Shown one piece after another: positions 28,117 to 39,240 of a DNA stretch of 64,000 nt. This DNA comes from Syntrophorhabdaceae bacterium (lineage in GTDB: Bacteria; Desulfobacterota; Syntrophorhabdia; Syntrophorhabdales; Syntrophorhabdaceae): NCBI GenBank assembly GCA_963665295.1, contig OY762209.1, positions 2,560,001-2,624,000 on the forward strand, given 5' to 3'. The notes beneath the pieces are model-generated. The model searched no databases, had not been told where the DNA came from, and was given only the letters and a program-made list of their open reading frames with translations. Position 1 is the stretch's first letter. Each line of letters begins with the position of its first letter. A program made the translations under genes and the position numbers.

Positions 28117-28623
28117 TTAGACCGCTTCCGAGAATTCTCCCTCTTCCGCCTCTTTTGTGGTTTCCAACTCTTTCACTGAAAATACCTTGTTAATGTCGAG
28201 GATAATGACGAACCGGTCGTCCCTTTTCCCGAGGCCCCTGATGAAAGCGGCCTCCAGGCCCGTGCCGATCCTCGGAGCAGGCTCTATCTGATCCGGCTCC
28301 AGTTCGAAGACCTCCTGCACGGAGTCGACGAGGGCGCCAAGGGCGGTGGTTTCCCCGTGCAGATCGACTTCCACTACCACGATGCATGTGTTGACTGTTT
28401 TTTCCGTGGCAGAGAGGTTGAACTTTACCCGCATGTCCATGACGGGTACCACGCCTCCTCTCAGGTTGATGACTCCCCGCATGAATTCAGGGGTGCGAGG
28501 CACCCTGGTGAGGCTCGTGAATTCGAGGATTTCCCTTACGTGGGCCACGTCTATGGCGAAGGACTCCTCTCCCAGGTTGAAGGCCAGGTACTGTCTTGTG
28601 GTGGTAATTTCCTGAACGCTCAT
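28117..28623 (-). CDS. cheW: Chemotaxis coupling protein CheW
   Basis: YLAFNLGEESFAIDVAHVREI…TRVPRTPEFMRGVINLRGGVVPV; AAGGAGG SD before ATG 28623. Confidence 0.95.
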   Translation of the reverse strand: MSVQEITTTRQYLAFNLGEESFAIDVAHVREILEFTSLTRVPRTPEFMRGVINLRGGVVPVMDMRVKFNLSATEKTVNTCIVVVEVDLHGETTALGALVDSVQEVFELEPDQIEPAPRIGTGLEAAFIRGLGKRDDRFVIILDINKVFSVKELETTKEAEEGEFSEAV

Positions 28624-28639
28624 GGCATACCCTCCTTTA

Positions 28640-31090
28640 TTAGAACCTCTCGAACTCATCGTCCAGGGAGTCGTTCGCACTGTCGAGCTTGAGGGTAACG
28701 CCGCGGGCCTTTGTTCCATTGCCGTCTCTGTGGGCGGTCATAACGGGTTTGCCGACCGGGATGGAGACTGCGGGCCTGGGCGTCAATCTGGCGGAAAAGG
28801 CCGCTCTCTCGTCTCCCGCCTTAAAGAAGGAGATTGTATCCTGCAGTTGGGCCGCCTGACTTGCAAGTTCCTCCGCGGTGGAGGCGATCTGTTCGGTCCC
28901 CGAGGCGTTTTGCTGGATTACCTGATCGAGTTGCTGGATGGCCTTGTTGATCTGCTCCGCGCCGGTGTTCTGCTCGTTGCTTGCGGCGCTGATCTCCTGG
29001 ACGAGTTCCGCGGTCTTCTGTATGTCGGGAACGATCCTGGTGAGCATCTCGCCCGCCTTCTCCGCCACCTCCACACTCCGTGACGAGAGGGTGCTTATCT
29101 CGCCCGCCGCGTGCTGGCTTCTCTCCGCGAGCTTCCTTACTTCCGTGGCGACTACCGCGAACCCCTTCCCGTGCTCGCCGGCCCGGGCTGCTTCAATGGC
29201 GGCGTTCAAGGCAAGAAGGTTCGTCTGACGGGCTATTTCTTCGATGATGGAGATCTTGCTCGCAATCTCTTTCATGGCGCCCACTGTCTCGATCACCGCC
29301 TTTCCGCCCCCTTCCGCATCCTGGGCGGACTTGAGGGCGATCCTCTCCGTCTGCTGCGCATTGTCCGCGTTCTGCCGTATGTTGGAGACCATCTGCTCCA
29401 TGGAGGACGAGACCTCTTCCGCGGAGGCCGCCTGTTCCGTTGCCCCCTGGGACATCTGCTGGGCGCTCGCGGAGGTCTGGGCGCTCCCCGAGGCCACATT
29501 GTCCGCGGCGATCTTCACATCGTGGACCACTTCAGTGAGCTTCTTCACCATGGAGGCGAGGCTCCTCATGAGTTCGTCCTGACCGGAACGCTCCTTCACC
29601 TCCACCCTGAGGTTTCCGTCCGCGATATCACGGGCGAGGCGCGTCACGTCGTTCATGGAGTCTATGAGCATATTGAGGTTGTTTTTGATCTCGTTGAAAT
29701 CCCCGTTGTACGTATCGGTTATCCTGCCGGGGATGTCGCCCTTGGAAATGCGGTCGATATAGAGGGCCGTCACCTTGATGGGCTTCACAAGCGCTTCTAT
29801 GAGGTCGTTGACGCCCTTCAGGAGTTCGGCCCAATCGCCTGAAAAGGCGCTCACCTTGCCCCTGGTGTCGAGCTTGCCGTCCAGGGTGGCCCAGATCAGG
29901 GATTTCGTCTCTTCCATGATATTGAGGAGGTTGTTCCGCAGGAGATCCACTTTTTCGTTGGCAATCACCTGTTTGCCCGGCAGCTTTTCGAGGATATGGG
30001 AAAAGTCGCCTTCCGCGTAGGAACTTATGGCCCCGAGGATTTTCAGAACGTTGGTTACATGGATCTGAACGGCGTCGTTCATACCCGTCGCCACCTGCCG
30101 GTACGCGCCCGAGAACCGGTCGGCCTGAATGAAGTATTCTATATCCCCTGCCTTTTGCTGTGTGTTCATCTTATCCATTTCACCTATCACGTCTTTCAGG
30201 ACAGTGACCATGGTATTCAGGTTTTTGCCGAGGAGGTCGTTTTCCGACCGTATGGATATCTCCACGTCAAGGTCGCCCCTCGCGACCTTTTCGGCCGCCC
30301 TGGCCGATGAGTGGATATTCTCCACCATGCCCATGAAGGACTGGGACAGGACGCCGATCTCGTCCTTTGCCCCGGTCTCGACCTTGACGTTCACATCTCC
30401 CAGGGCCAGTCTGTTCGTGGCTTCCACGAGTTCCTGGAGGGGACGCCTGATCGAGCGGGTCAGGAGAAGGGCAATAACCACACCGACGACGAGGGCAAGA
30501 GCAGCGATGAGGAGAAGCAGGTTGCGCGCGTTGGCATAGGCGCTTACCGCCTCCCGGTAACGGGCGCCGTTGGCTTCTTCCTCATATTTATTAAGGTCCA
30601 GCGCGGCCTCCCGGACCTTGTTGCCCATGGGCCGCGCTTCGTTTGTATACACGGAGAGGGCCTCCGCCATCTTGTTCGCCAAACTCAGTTCCATCATCCT
30701 GCTGTTCGAGGTCCTTGCGGATGCGAGGGCCCCTTTGATCTTGTCGATAAGGCCCTTTTCCTTGTCTGAGTCGGCCAGTTTTTCGAGATTATCAAGGCCT
30801 GACTTGTAATCACCCCTTGCCTTGTCGATCTTGGCCTTTACTTCCGATTTCTTCGTGCTGTCCTTTGCTGTGGCCATTTCCGGCATATTCATGATAATGT
30901 CGTCGATGGCGAGGGCGACATTGTTGGTCTGCCGTATGCGCTCGTTGTTCGAGTTCACGATCCGGTCCAGCTTGCCCCGCATGGTCTGCAGGCCGGCAAT
31001 GCCCATTACGGTCAAGACGATCATTAGAAATACCACGCCGCCGAATCCCATCCCAAGCCTTGTACCGATCTTTGCATCTCTCAGGTTCAT
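28640..31090 (-). CDS. Methyl-accepting chemotaxis protein (4HB sensor, multiple HAMP domains, C-terminal pentapeptide EFERF)
   Basis: Two TM helices and [37 protein letters not shown]. Confidence 0.95.
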   Translation of the reverse strand: MNLRDAKIGTRLGMGFGGVVFLMIVLTVMGIAGLQTMRGKLDRIVNSNNERIRQTNNVALAIDDIIMNMPEMATAKDSTKKSEVKAKIDKARGDYKSGLDNLEKLADSDKEKGLIDKIKGALASARTSNSRMMELSLANKMAEALSVYTNEARPMGNKVREAALDLNKYEEEANGARYREAVSAYANARNLLLLIAALALVVGVVIALLLTRSIRRPLQELVEATNRLALGDVNVKVETGAKDEIGVLSQSFMGMVENIHSSARAAEKVARGDLDVEISIRSENDLLGKNLNTMVTVLKDVIGEMDKMNTQQKAGDIEYFIQADRFSGAYRQVATGMNDAVQIHVTNVLKILGAISSYAEGDFSHILEKLPGKQVIANEKVDLLRNNLLNIMEETKSLIWATLDGKLDTRGKVSAFSGDWAELLKGVNDLIEALVKPIKVTALYIDRISKGDIPGRITDTYNGDFNEIKNNLNMLIDSMNDVTRLARDIADGNLRVEVKERSGQDELMRSLASMVKKLTEVVHDVKIAADNVASGSAQTSASAQQMSQGATEQAASAEEVSSSMEQMVSNIRQNADNAQQTERIALKSAQDAEGGGKAVIETVGAMKEIASKISIIEEIARQTNLLALNAAIEAARAGEHGKGFAVVATEVRKLAERSQHAAGEISTLSSRSVEVAEKAGEMLTRIVPDIQKTAELVQEISAASNEQNTGAEQINKAIQQLDQVIQQNASGTEQIASTAEELASQAAQLQDTISFFKAGDERAAFSARLTPRPAVSIPVGKPVMTAHRDGNGTKARGVTLKLDSANDSLDDEFERF

Positions 31091-31244
31091 TTATGACCTC
31101 CCGTCATCAGTCTTTCGCCCCGAGGAGCGGTTCTATACGGCCCCACGCCCATACACCTGCCAACGGCCCCAATGCGGCCCATCAGGCAAGGGCGGGACTT
31201 ATCCGTCTTGAATCGTATCGGGATTGAAGGGAAATGTATAAAGA

Positions 31245-31284
31245 GGTAAATGACCGTTTCTGGTGAGGGTAAATTACCTACACA
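31245..31284. promoter_or_regulatory. Paired palindromic operator-like sites (GGTAAATGACC and GGTAAATTACC, 23 bp apart) upstream of mcp-cheW
   Basis: The same motif recurs at 35375, 35398 (degenerate) and 35525. Confidence 0.5.
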
Positions 31285-31312
31285 TGGGAAAAGAGCGCCG
31301 GTACGGGGTCGA

Positions 31313-31963
31313 TCACTCTATGAGGTTGTTTTCCAGGGCATAGCGGACCAGTTCCGCGTTGGTCTTCATATTCATCTTATCGAGTATCCTCATGCGGTAC
31401 GAATTCACTGTCTTTACGCTAAGGCAGACCTTCTCCGCAATCGCCTTCGGGGCAAGGCCCGACGCAATCATACGCATAACCTGAAGCTCGCGGTCCGAAA
31501 GGGTCTCGTGGGGCGCTTTTTCCGCCAGGGTCCTGTCGATCTTCAAGGCCATCCTTTCCGCAAAGAGAGGGCTCACATATTTTCCCCCTGACGCAATTCT
31601 GGTCACCGCGGTGATCAACTCGGTGGGAGCGCTTTCCTTCGTCAGATAGCCGGAAGCCCCTGCGCGGAATGCCTTCATGGCGTAAAGGTCCTCCTTGTGA
31701 ATGCTCAGGATGAGAATGCCGAACCGATGTTTTTCCCGTCTCAGTTGCTCGAGTATTTCCAGCCCGTTCCTGTCGGGCATGGTAATATCAAGGACGAGGA
31801 CATCACACCCCCCGGTCCGGACAAATTCCATCACTTCCCGGCCGTTGGCCGCCTCTCCCACTACTTCGATCCCGGGGTCTTTCGAGAGTATCTTTTCGAG
31901 TCCGCTCCGTACAACGGGGTGGTCGTCTGCAATCAGCACCCTGATCATGATTTCCTTTTTCAC
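31313..31963 (-). CDS. NarL/LuxR-family response regulator
   Basis: IADDHPVVR, LVLDITMP, GASGYLTK and LSDRELQV…LSVKTVNSYR. Start may be 31948. Confidence 0.95.
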   Translation of the reverse strand: MKKEIMIRVLIADDHPVVRSGLEKILSKDPGIEVVGEAANGREVMEFVRTGGCDVLVLDITMPDRNGLEILEQLRREKHRFGILILSIHKEDLYAMKAFRAGASGYLTKESAPTELITAVTRIASGGKYVSPLFAERMALKIDRTLAEKAPHETLSDRELQVMRMIASGLAPKAIAEKVCLSVKTVNSYRMRILDKMNMKTNAELVRYALENNLIE

Positions 31964-34677
31964 TCCTTTCCCTGTTTGTTGTCGCCTGTCAGAGGTATTT
32001 CCATCGTTATAGTGGTCCCTTTTCCCGGTCGTCCTGTAATTACCGTTGTACCGCCGAGAAGGGAGACCCGTTCCCTCATGCCCAGTATTCCGAATGACGT
32101 GGGGCTCGCCGCCTCTCTTTCCTTGATGCCCTTTCCGTTATCTTTTACGCTGAGAATAAGCGAGCCTTTTTTCTCCGCCAGTGTTATTCGGACTTTATCG
32201 GCCCCTGAATGGCGCGCCACGTTGGTGAGGCTCTCCTGGATAATCCTGAAAGCCGCAGTTGCTATGTCTTCGCCGATTCGCGTGGCACCGGGGGCTTTCA
32301 ACTCGCACTTGATCCCGGTCCTGTTCCGGAAATCCTGCAAAAGCCATTGCACGGCAGCGGGAAGCCCCAGGTCATCAAGAATGCTCGGTCGAAGTTCAGC
32401 CGCTATCCTTCGCACTATATCGATGGTGCCGTCCACCAATTCCAGGAGGCTTTCGGTTTTTGACAACACCCTGTCCCTGTTGGGCGGGGCCGGATCGAAT
32501 TCCTCCCTGATTTCGGAAAGGTCTATCTTTACGCAGGTGAGGGCTTGGCCGAGTTCGTCGTGGATCTCCCTGGCGATCCTCGTCCGCTCTTCCTCTCTCA
32601 CCGACTGCATGTGGGCGGCGAGGGTGCGCAGCTCCTCCCTCGATTTGCGTAGTTCCTCGTTTGCCCGTATCCTTTCGGTCATGTCCCGGAACATGGTGAC
32701 TGATTTCCCGTCGGACAGGGTGAATGTCCTGAACTCCAGTTCTTTCTCGGACCCGTCTTTGCAGCGCACGGTGTATGCCCTGTCGATGCTCCTTTTTGAG
32801 ACATCCTTCTTCCAGACATCGATTATCCCTTGCCGGTACCAGGAATCAGGATATGCTTTGAGAAACCACTCTCTCCCGGTGGGTATGTCTTCCATCTCAT
32901 ATCCTGTGATGCTCAAAGCCTCGGAGTTGAGGAACAGGCACCTGCCCGACGGGTCATGGAGGAATATGCCGTAGGGCGCATTATGGAGTATGGAATAGAA
33001 GGTCTCCCTTTCTTTGTGCAACTGGTCCTCAGCCCTTTTACGGTCCGTAATATCGTGAACGGTGCCCTCATAGTAGAGGGTCTTGCCGTCTGTGTCCTTG
33101 ATGGCGCGTCCATTGATGGAGATCCAAACCCTGGCGCCTCTCTTGTTGTAGAACTCCGTGTCAAACCCCTCATCGAAATTGCGGGTGTCGAAAAGGGCAA
33201 GAAGCCTCTTCCTGTCTTCGGGGTTTACATATTGTTCAATCCCGATGTCGGTAATGAGGTCGATCATCTCTTCAGGCGATTCGTAGCCAAGGATTCTCGC
33301 GAGAGACGTATTGGCGCTCAGGTAACGGCCCTCCGGCAATGTCTGAAAGATCCCTTCCACGGAGTTTTCATAGATTGTGCGGTATTTCTGCTCTGCCTGC
33401 CTCAGGGATTCTTCCGCCCTTTTCCGCTCCCTGATATCCCTCCACACGGTGTACATGATCTGTTTTCCGCGAATGGGGATTTTCGTGAGGGAAACATCCA
33501 CCCAGAATTCCTCTCCCCCAAGGGTGCGGTGTACCCATTCGAAATGATTTACCCCGTTTTCGAGAGCGACCTTTACGTGTCGCTCTTCCTCTTCGGACGA
33601 GAGACGCCCGTCGGGCTGTCTTTCGGGGGAGATATGGGATGGACGCAGTCCGATTATGCCACGCTTGTCGGAGCAATTCATAAGCTTCACAGCAGCTTCG
33701 TTGCAATCTACGAAGGTGTTTTCGTCGAGAAGCAGTATGGGGTCACCCGATTTTTCAAAGAGAAGGCGGAATTTTGCCTCGCTTTCCTGTAGGGTCCTCT
33801 CCGCCTCTTTACGGGCCGAAATATCCTTTATGAACAACCTCATTTCCATGGGGTTGCCTTCTTCATCCCTGAAGAAGCTGACCCTTGTTTCCGCCGGAAA
33901 AAGGGTGCCGTCCTTTCTTATGAATTCCTTTTCATAGATGTCGGAATAACCCCTTACCCGCGCCTGTTCACTTATAATCCGGGCCTCAAGAGGACGCCAT
34001 TTGGCGGGGGTTATCTCGTGGTAGGATATTCCAAGGAGTTCCTCTCCGGTGTACCCCGTCATCTTCTGCAGGGCCGGGTTTGTTTCGATAATCCTCCCGT
34101 CCATTTCCACGGAGGCAAATCCGTCGGGCAAAACCTCGAACAGGCCGCGGTACCTGTTCTCGGACCTTCTCAGGGTTTCTTCCGCCCTTTCAAGGGCCCC
34201 CACATCCCTCACCGTCACAAGGGCCCGGTCCTCGCCTCCGAGTCGTGCCCGGCGCACATGCACTTCCACCGGGAAAGAGCGGCCGTTCTTATGCCTCCCG
34301 TGCCCCTTGAAGGATTGAAACGCTGCGTCCTTGGTTTTGCGGAGCAGGTCCACGATGTTCTGTTTCTCCGGGACTGTCGCAACGGTGATGAGGGCCGCAG
34401 GCGAGAGATTGAAGGCCTCATTGCGGGTATACCCGAACATCCCGCACATCCCCTGGTTTACATTGAGGATTGCGCCGGTCTCGGGATCATGGAAAAGGAT
34501 TGCGTCGTTAACGGAATCGAAAATGGCGTTGAAAAGGTCATCACTCGTCTGCGATTCAGGGAGGCGGGCCTTGTCTTTGCCCGGTCCGCCGGGACCCTCG
34601 TGTGGTCCGGTCCATTCAATCGCACACTTCTCTGTCGTTTCTTTCTTTCGTCTCACCGTCTGTACCCCGAAGACCAC
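31960..34677 (-). CDS. Multi-PAS sensor histidine kinase (HisKA_3 type); start uncertain
   Basis: Five PAS-like repeats, ERTRIAREIHDELGQ, QESLTNVARHS, DNGKG and GILGMRER. Confidence 0.9.
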   Translation of the reverse strand: MVFGVQTVRRKKETTEKCAIEWTGPHEGPGGPGKDKARLPESQTSDDLFNAIFDSVNDAILFHDPETGAILNVNQGMCGMFGYTRNEAFNLSPAALITVATVPEKQNIVDLLRKTKDAAFQSFKGHGRHKNGRSFPVEVHVRRARLGGEDRALVTVRDVGALERAEETLRRSENRYRGLFEVLPDGFASVEMDGRIIETNPALQKMTGYTGEELLGISYHEITPAKWRPLEARIISEQARVRGYSDIYEKEFIRKDGTLFPAETRVSFFRDEEGNPMEMRLFIKDISARKEAERTLQESEAKFRLLFEKSGDPILLLDENTFVDCNEAAVKLMNCSDKRGIIGLRPSHISPERQPDGRLSSEEEERHVKVALENGVNHFEWVHRTLGGEEFWVDVSLTKIPIRGKQIMYTVWRDIRERKRAEESLRQAEQKYRTIYENSVEGIFQTLPEGRYLSANTSLARILGYESPEEMIDLITDIGIEQYVNPEDRKRLLALFDTRNFDEGFDTEFYNKRGARVWISINGRAIKDTDGKTLYYEGTVHDITDRKRAEDQLHKERETFYSILHNAPYGIFLHDPSGRCLFLNSEALSITGYEMEDIPTGREWFLKAYPDSWYRQGIIDVWKKDVSKRSIDRAYTVRCKDGSEKELEFRTFTLSDGKSVTMFRDMTERIRANEELRKSREELRTLAAHMQSVREEERTRIAREIHDELGQALTCVKIDLSEIREEFDPAPPNRDRVLSKTESLLELVDGTIDIVRRIAAELRPSILDDLGLPAAVQWLLQDFRNRTGIKCELKAPGATRIGEDIATAAFRIIQESLTNVARHSGADKVRITLAEKKGSLILSVKDNGKGIKEREAASPTSFGILGMRERVSLLGGTTVITGRPGKGTTITMEIPLTGDNKQGKE

Positions 34678-34692
34678 CGGTCGGAATACACA

Positions 34693-35520
34693 CTATACTA
34701 TAACTCGGAGAATATTGTCTCTAGTGATTGCAGGGGGATGTTCCGGGGCGGTATCCTGCTTCAATGTCCTTTCCGCAAATTGTCGATCGGTTATTTCACT
34801 GAGCGACTCTATCGAGCCCAGTCGTTTACCCTTGGCGTCCATGAGCGGCGACGCAATGCCCGAGAGCCGGCAGCCTTTGCCGCCGTATAGAGACGGTACG
34901 AACCCTTCGGCATAGACCGAATCGCCTCTTCTTTCGGTAAGCTCATAGGTGGGCAACGATTGGCCGTCTTTCAGGTTGACGAAATCTATGAGTATCGGCC
35001 TTCGCCCGCTGTAGAAAGGGATGGCGTACACATAGTCCCCCCGGCCGATGATCTTCTTTCCCGGTACGCCCGTCAATCTTTCCATGGCCCGGTTCCAGGC
35101 AATGACCCTCCCATGCAAATCTATGGCAAAGGTCGCCTCGGATAGGGAATCGATCAGCGCAACAAAGGTCGAAATGTTGCGCCCCCGGCCCGTCGTCTTT
35201 GATCGGTGATTTTGAGTGATTTTCGACGTCTCCGATGCAGGACACAGGGGGTAGTAGTCCTCGGGTGAAATATGATCTTCCGGACCGTCTTCGATTATCG
35301 GAGCCAATATCAGCCTCTGGGCGAGAGAAAATAGCCAGACTATCTTACACAGGATTGGGGATGCCTTGACAAGTGGTGAATTACCTATTCTTGTGTAGGT
35401 AATATGCTTACATTTGAAATTGCTACAGGGCAGGCTCCCTCGCGGCATATTTTTGACGAAATCCGGAAAGGCCTTATCACGGGAAGCGGGGAAGAAGGGT
35501 CCGGGGGCGGGTGACGTCAA
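34693..35520 (-). CDS. Single-PAS-domain ORF; true start uncertain (PAS only in the 3' half), possibly a fragment
   Basis: LIDSLSEATFAIDLHGRVIAWNRAMERLTG…RRPILID…ASPLMD..G..LGSIESL.EITD; the N-terminal ~115 codons look non-conserved. Confidence 0.55.
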   Translation of the reverse strand: MTSPAPGPFFPASRDKAFPDFVKNMPRGSLPCSNFKCKHITYTRIGNSPLVKASPILCKIVWLFSLAQRLILAPIIEDGPEDHISPEDYYPLCPASETSKITQNHRSKTTGRGRNISTFVALIDSLSEATFAIDLHGRVIAWNRAMERLTGVPGKKIIGRGDYVYAIPFYSGRRPILIDFVNLKDGQSLPTYELTERRGDSVYAEGFVPSLYGGKGCRLSGIASPLMDAKGKRLGSIESLSEITDRQFAERTLKQDTAPEHPPAITRDNILRVIV

Positions 35521-35541
35521 TTGCGGTAAATGACCGTTTCT
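35375..35541. promoter_or_regulatory. GGTAA-W-TTACC-like sites between the divergent kinase genes
   Basis: GGTGAATTACC at 35375; TGTGTAGGTAAT at 35392-35403 is the reverse complement of 31273-31284; GGTAAATGACCGTTTCT at 35525-35541 is identical to 31245-31261. Confidence 0.5.
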
Positions 35542-35841
35542 TCTGTCCGTTACTTCCTTACGCCCGGTGCGGTGAAGGGTGGGGAAAGACGGCTCGTCCT
35601 TTAGATGCCAGTCACTTCCGAAGGCCTTCCGGAAACGGGTCTGTCACAGGCAACCGTGTGAGAGAACAAAACTATTTCAGTTTTGTAGTGAAAAACTCCC
35701 CTGCGCCGTTATACAATTTGTCTTCATGGAAAACACAAACGTTCAGGGATTTGGTATATGGGAAGACTATTTTGCATAATCCGGCGTAGCAGTCCGGTTT
35801 CTATCTTTTACTAAATCCACAAAAGTCATGAAGGATGAGTA

Positions 35842-38800
35842 ATGGAAATAAGGGACCCAGTTTCCGGCCGCATTCGCGCACCCGGCGATAGAGGCGTGGT
35901 TTTAGGACAAGAGGAAGAGACAGGGCTTCAGGAATTGGTGCGGCTTCAGGCGGCCGAACTCGACAGGGTCAAGGAACAGTTGAATTCCGAGATCGCCCAA
36001 CGGGCCTACATGGCCCGGGAATTGGTCAGGAGCAACAGGGCCCTCAAGGTTTTGAGCGAATGCAATCAGGCGCTGGTTCGTGCAAAGAAAGAGACGCAGC
36101 TCTTTGAGCATATCTGCGACATCGTGGTGAGCGTGGGCGGTTACCACGCGGCGGCCGTCCTGTTCTCGGAACATGACGAGGGGAAGACCGTAAATCCGGT
36201 CGCCCAGATCGGGTTCGGGCCGGGCTACCTGGAATCTCTGAGGATTTCTTGGGGGGATAACGAGCGCGGGCAAGGGTCCATGGGCAGGGCCATTCGTACG
36301 GGTGAACCGGTCGTCATGAGGAATATCCTCGATGACCCCTCGTACAAGCCCTGGCGCAGTCAGGCTTTGGGACATGGTTATGGGTCTATCGCAGCCTTTC
36401 CGCTGGGCGTGGACGGCGGGGTGATCGGGGTCCTTTCCATAACCGCGGAGGAGGCCGACGCTTTCGATGACGGAGAAGTGGATATTCTGGCCGAGCTTGC
36501 CGAGGATATGGCATACGGCATCATATCCATACGCACGACAGCGAGGCACGAGTCCGCCGTGAAAGCCCTCGAAGAGAGCGAGAAGAAATTCAGGCTTCTC
36601 TTCGAGAAATCGGCGGACGCCATAGTCCTGTCGGACGGGGGCAGGATCGTGGACTGCAATGAGGCGGCGGTGCGGCTCATGGGATGTGCGGGCAAGGACC
36701 CGATGATAGGGTTGAGTGCGTCGGATATGTCGCCTGAGAGGCAACCCGATGGGAGGCCCTCTTCGGACAAGGCGAAAGAAATGATCGATATCGCCCTCAA
36801 GGAGGGCTCCAACCGGTTCGAATGGCTGCGGCGCTCCTTTGACGGCCAGGAATTCTGGATGGATATCTCACTGACGGCAATCCCCTTTCAAGGGAAACAG
36901 ATCCTCTACAGCGTGTGGAGGGACATTCAGGACCGGAAGACCTCGGAAGCCAGACTCAGGGCTTCGGAGGAGAAGCTCCGCATCGCCTTCGATCAGACAT
37001 TCCAGTTTACAGGCCTGTTAAGGCCCGACGGGGTGCTGGTTGCGGCAAACAAGACGGCCCTTCAGGCAATCGGCGTCGCCGAGGCCGATGTGACGGGGAG
37101 GTTCTTTCCCGACACATCCTGGTGGACTCATTCAAAGTCCGAACAGGACAAGTTGAAGGAGGCCATAGAAAAGGCCCGTTCCGGGGAGGTAGTAAGGTTT
37201 GAAACGAGCCATCGCACGGCAAACGGCGTGATCCGCTATTTTGATTTCTCCCTGAGGCCGGTAAAAGACTTTGAGAACAACGTCATATACCTGAACGCAG
37301 AAGGTCGTGATGTCACGAGGCTGAGGGAAGCGGAGGAGGCCCTTCGTGCGAGCGAGCGGAAATACCGGTCCATATTCGACTACTCTGTCCTTGGCGTGTT
37401 CCAGAGCACTCCGGAGGGCCGGTTCATCACCGTGAACCCCGCCTTTGCCCAAATGACCGGGTTTGCATCCCCTGAAGAAATGATGGAATTCGTCACCGAT
37501 ATTCCGAACCAGCTTTACGCAAGCCCCGGAGACCGGGAGGAATTCAAGAGCGCCTTTGGGAACCATGGCCTGGTAAGACAGTTTGAAACCCTGTTCAGGC
37601 GGAAAGACGGGAGTCTCTTCTGGGTCCTGATGAATGTCCGGGCTATACGTGGTGACGACGGCAGGGTGCTTTACTATGAGGGTTCCGCCGAGGATGTGAC
37701 GGACCGGAAGAGGGCGAAGGACGCGCTGAAGGAGAGCGAGGAGCGCTACCGCACCGCAATAGAGAGTTCGAACGACGGGGTAGCGATCATAAAAGGAGAC
37801 GAGCACCTTTACGTGAACAGGAAATTTGTGGAGATCTTCGGATACGACAGCGTGGAAGAACTCGCGGGGAAACCCCAGTCCATCACCGTCCATCCCGACG
37901 ACTTCCCTATGGTCGCGAGGTACAACGAAAAGAGGCAGAAAGGCGAGGCAGTCCCTTCCCGGTATGAGTTCAAAGGCATAAGGAAGGACGGCGCCCCTGT
38001 CCACGTGGAGGTCTCCGCAACGCGCACCACCCATCTGGGCGAACCTGTTTCCCTGGCCTACCTCAGAGATGTTACGGAACGGAAGATCCTTGAGTCGCGG
38101 CTCCGTCAGTCTCAGAAGATGGAAGCGGTGGGCGCCCTTGCGGGCGGCATCGCCCACGACTTCAACAATATCCTTACAGTCATAACGGGGTACGGGGCCC
38201 TCCTCAGGATGGGGATGGAGAAACAGGGTCAAATGAGGATTTACGTGGACCAGATCCTGGAGGCCTCCCAAAAGGCGGCGGACCTCACCAAAGGCCTCCT
38301 CACCTTCAGCAGGCAGCAGGCGATTGAACTCTCTCCTCTCGATATCAATGATATAGTCAGGGGAACGGAGAAGCTTCTGAAACGGCTCCTTACCGAGGAT
38401 ATTTCCCTGAAGGCCAGACTCGCTCCCCGGAAGATCATGGTGATGGCCGATGCAACGCAGATCGACCAGATATTGTTCAACCTTGCCGCAAACGCCAGGG
38501 ACGCGATGAAGAAAGGCGGGACCCTCATCATAGAAACGAAGGTCGTGGAGTTGGACGGACCCTTTGTTAAGGCCCACGGTTTCGGCGAGCCGGGAAGGTA
38601 TGCCGTCCTGTCTTTCTCCGACACGGGCGCGGGGATGGACAGCCTGACAAAGGAGAAGATCTTTGAGCCTTTTTTTACCACCAAGGAGTCGGGAAAGGGG
38701 ACGGGTCTCGGCCTTGCCACCGTGTACGGCATTGTAAAAACGCACAACGGATATATCAATGTATATAGCGAGCCCGGCATAGGCACGACCTTTCGTATCT

Positions 38801-39240
38801 ATATCCCCGAAGCCGAAGCGCTTCAGAAAGGGATGAGAGAAGCGCCGCCCCCTCCGCGGGGAGGAAAGGAGACGATCCTTATCGCCGAGGACCATTCAGA
38901 GGTGAGGGGCCTCATGAAGGAAGTGCTTTGCAGCCGTGGATACACCGTCATCGAGGCCACGGATGGGGAGGACGCGGTAAAGCGGTTCAAAGAGCATGGA
39001 GGGATCGACCTCCTGGTTTTCGATTCGGTAATGCCCCGCAAGAGCGGAAGGGAGGCGTACGAGGCCATCAGAAAAACGGACCCCCGCGTACGAGTGATCT
39101 TCACGAGCGGCTATACGAAAGATATCATTCTCGACAAGGGCATTCAGGACGGCGAATTCGACTTCATCAAAAAACCCATCGGACCGAACGAGATGCTTGA
39201 GAAGGTAAGAGAGGTGCTCGACAGGAAGGACTCTCCTTAA
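35842..39240 (+). CDS. Hybrid GAF-PAS sensor histidine kinase with C-terminal receiver domain
   Basis: GAF domain, four PAS domains, LAGGIAHDFNNIL, NLAANARDAM, FEPFFTTK…GTGLGL and a receiver (IAED…DSVMP…FIKKP). Confidence 0.94.
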   Translation: MEIRDPVSGRIRAPGDRGVVLGQEEETGLQELVRLQAAELDRVKEQLNSEIAQRAYMARELVRSNRALKVLSECNQALVRAKKETQLFEHICDIVVSVGGYHAAAVLFSEHDEGKTVNPVAQIGFGPGYLESLRISWGDNERGQGSMGRAIRTGEPVVMRNILDDPSYKPWRSQALGHGYGSIAAFPLGVDGGVIGVLSITAEEADAFDDGEVDILAELAEDMAYGIISIRTTARHESAVKALEESEKKFRLLFEKSADAIVLSDGGRIVDCNEAAVRLMGCAGKDPMIGLSASDMSPERQPDGRPSSDKAKEMIDIALKEGSNRFEWLRRSFDGQEFWMDISLTAIPFQGKQILYSVWRDIQDRKTSEARLRASEEKLRIAFDQTFQFTGLLRPDGVLVAANKTALQAIGVAEADVTGRFFPDTSWWTHSKSEQDKLKEAIEKARSGEVVRFETSHRTANGVIRYFDFSLRPVKDFENNVIYLNAEGRDVTRLREAEEALRASERKYRSIFDYSVLGVFQSTPEGRFITVNPAFAQMTGFASPEEMMEFVTDIPNQLYASPGDREEFKSAFGNHGLVRQFETLFRRKDGSLFWVLMNVRAIRGDDGRVLYYEGSAEDVTDRKRAKDALKESEERYRTAIESSNDGVAIIKGDEHLYVNRKFVEIFGYDSVEELAGKPQSITVHPDDFPMVARYNEKRQKGEAVPSRYEFKGIRKDGAPVHVEVSATRTTHLGEPVSLAYLRDVTERKILESRLRQSQKMEAVGALAGGIAHDFNNILTVITGYGALLRMGMEKQGQMRIYVDQILEASQKAADLTKGLLTFSRQQAIELSPLDINDIVRGTEKLLKRLLTEDISLKARLAPRKIMVMADATQIDQILFNLAANARDAMKKGGTLIIETKVVELDGPFVKAHGFGEPGRYAVLSFSDTGAGMDSLTKEKIFEPFFTTKESGKGTGLGLATVYGIVKTHNGYINVYSEPGIGTTFRIYIPEAEALQKGMREAPPPPRGGKETILIAEDHSEVRGLMKEVLCSRGYTVIEATDGEDAVKRFKEHGGIDLLVFDSVMPRKSGREAYEAIRKTDPRVRVIFTSGYTKDIILDKGIQDGEFDFIKKPIGPNEMLEKVREVLDRKDSP

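Noticed and set aside
31212..31243. sigma28-like promoter for mcp-cheW (CCCGATAC on the minus strand)
   Set aside because: The -35 element and spacing are imperfect; too weak to call without TSS data.
37132..38895. Long antisense ORFs (587 aa here; also 56681-58627 and 31697-32974)
   Set aside because: They are shadows of well-supported genes on the opposite strand in GC-rich DNA and carry no motifs.
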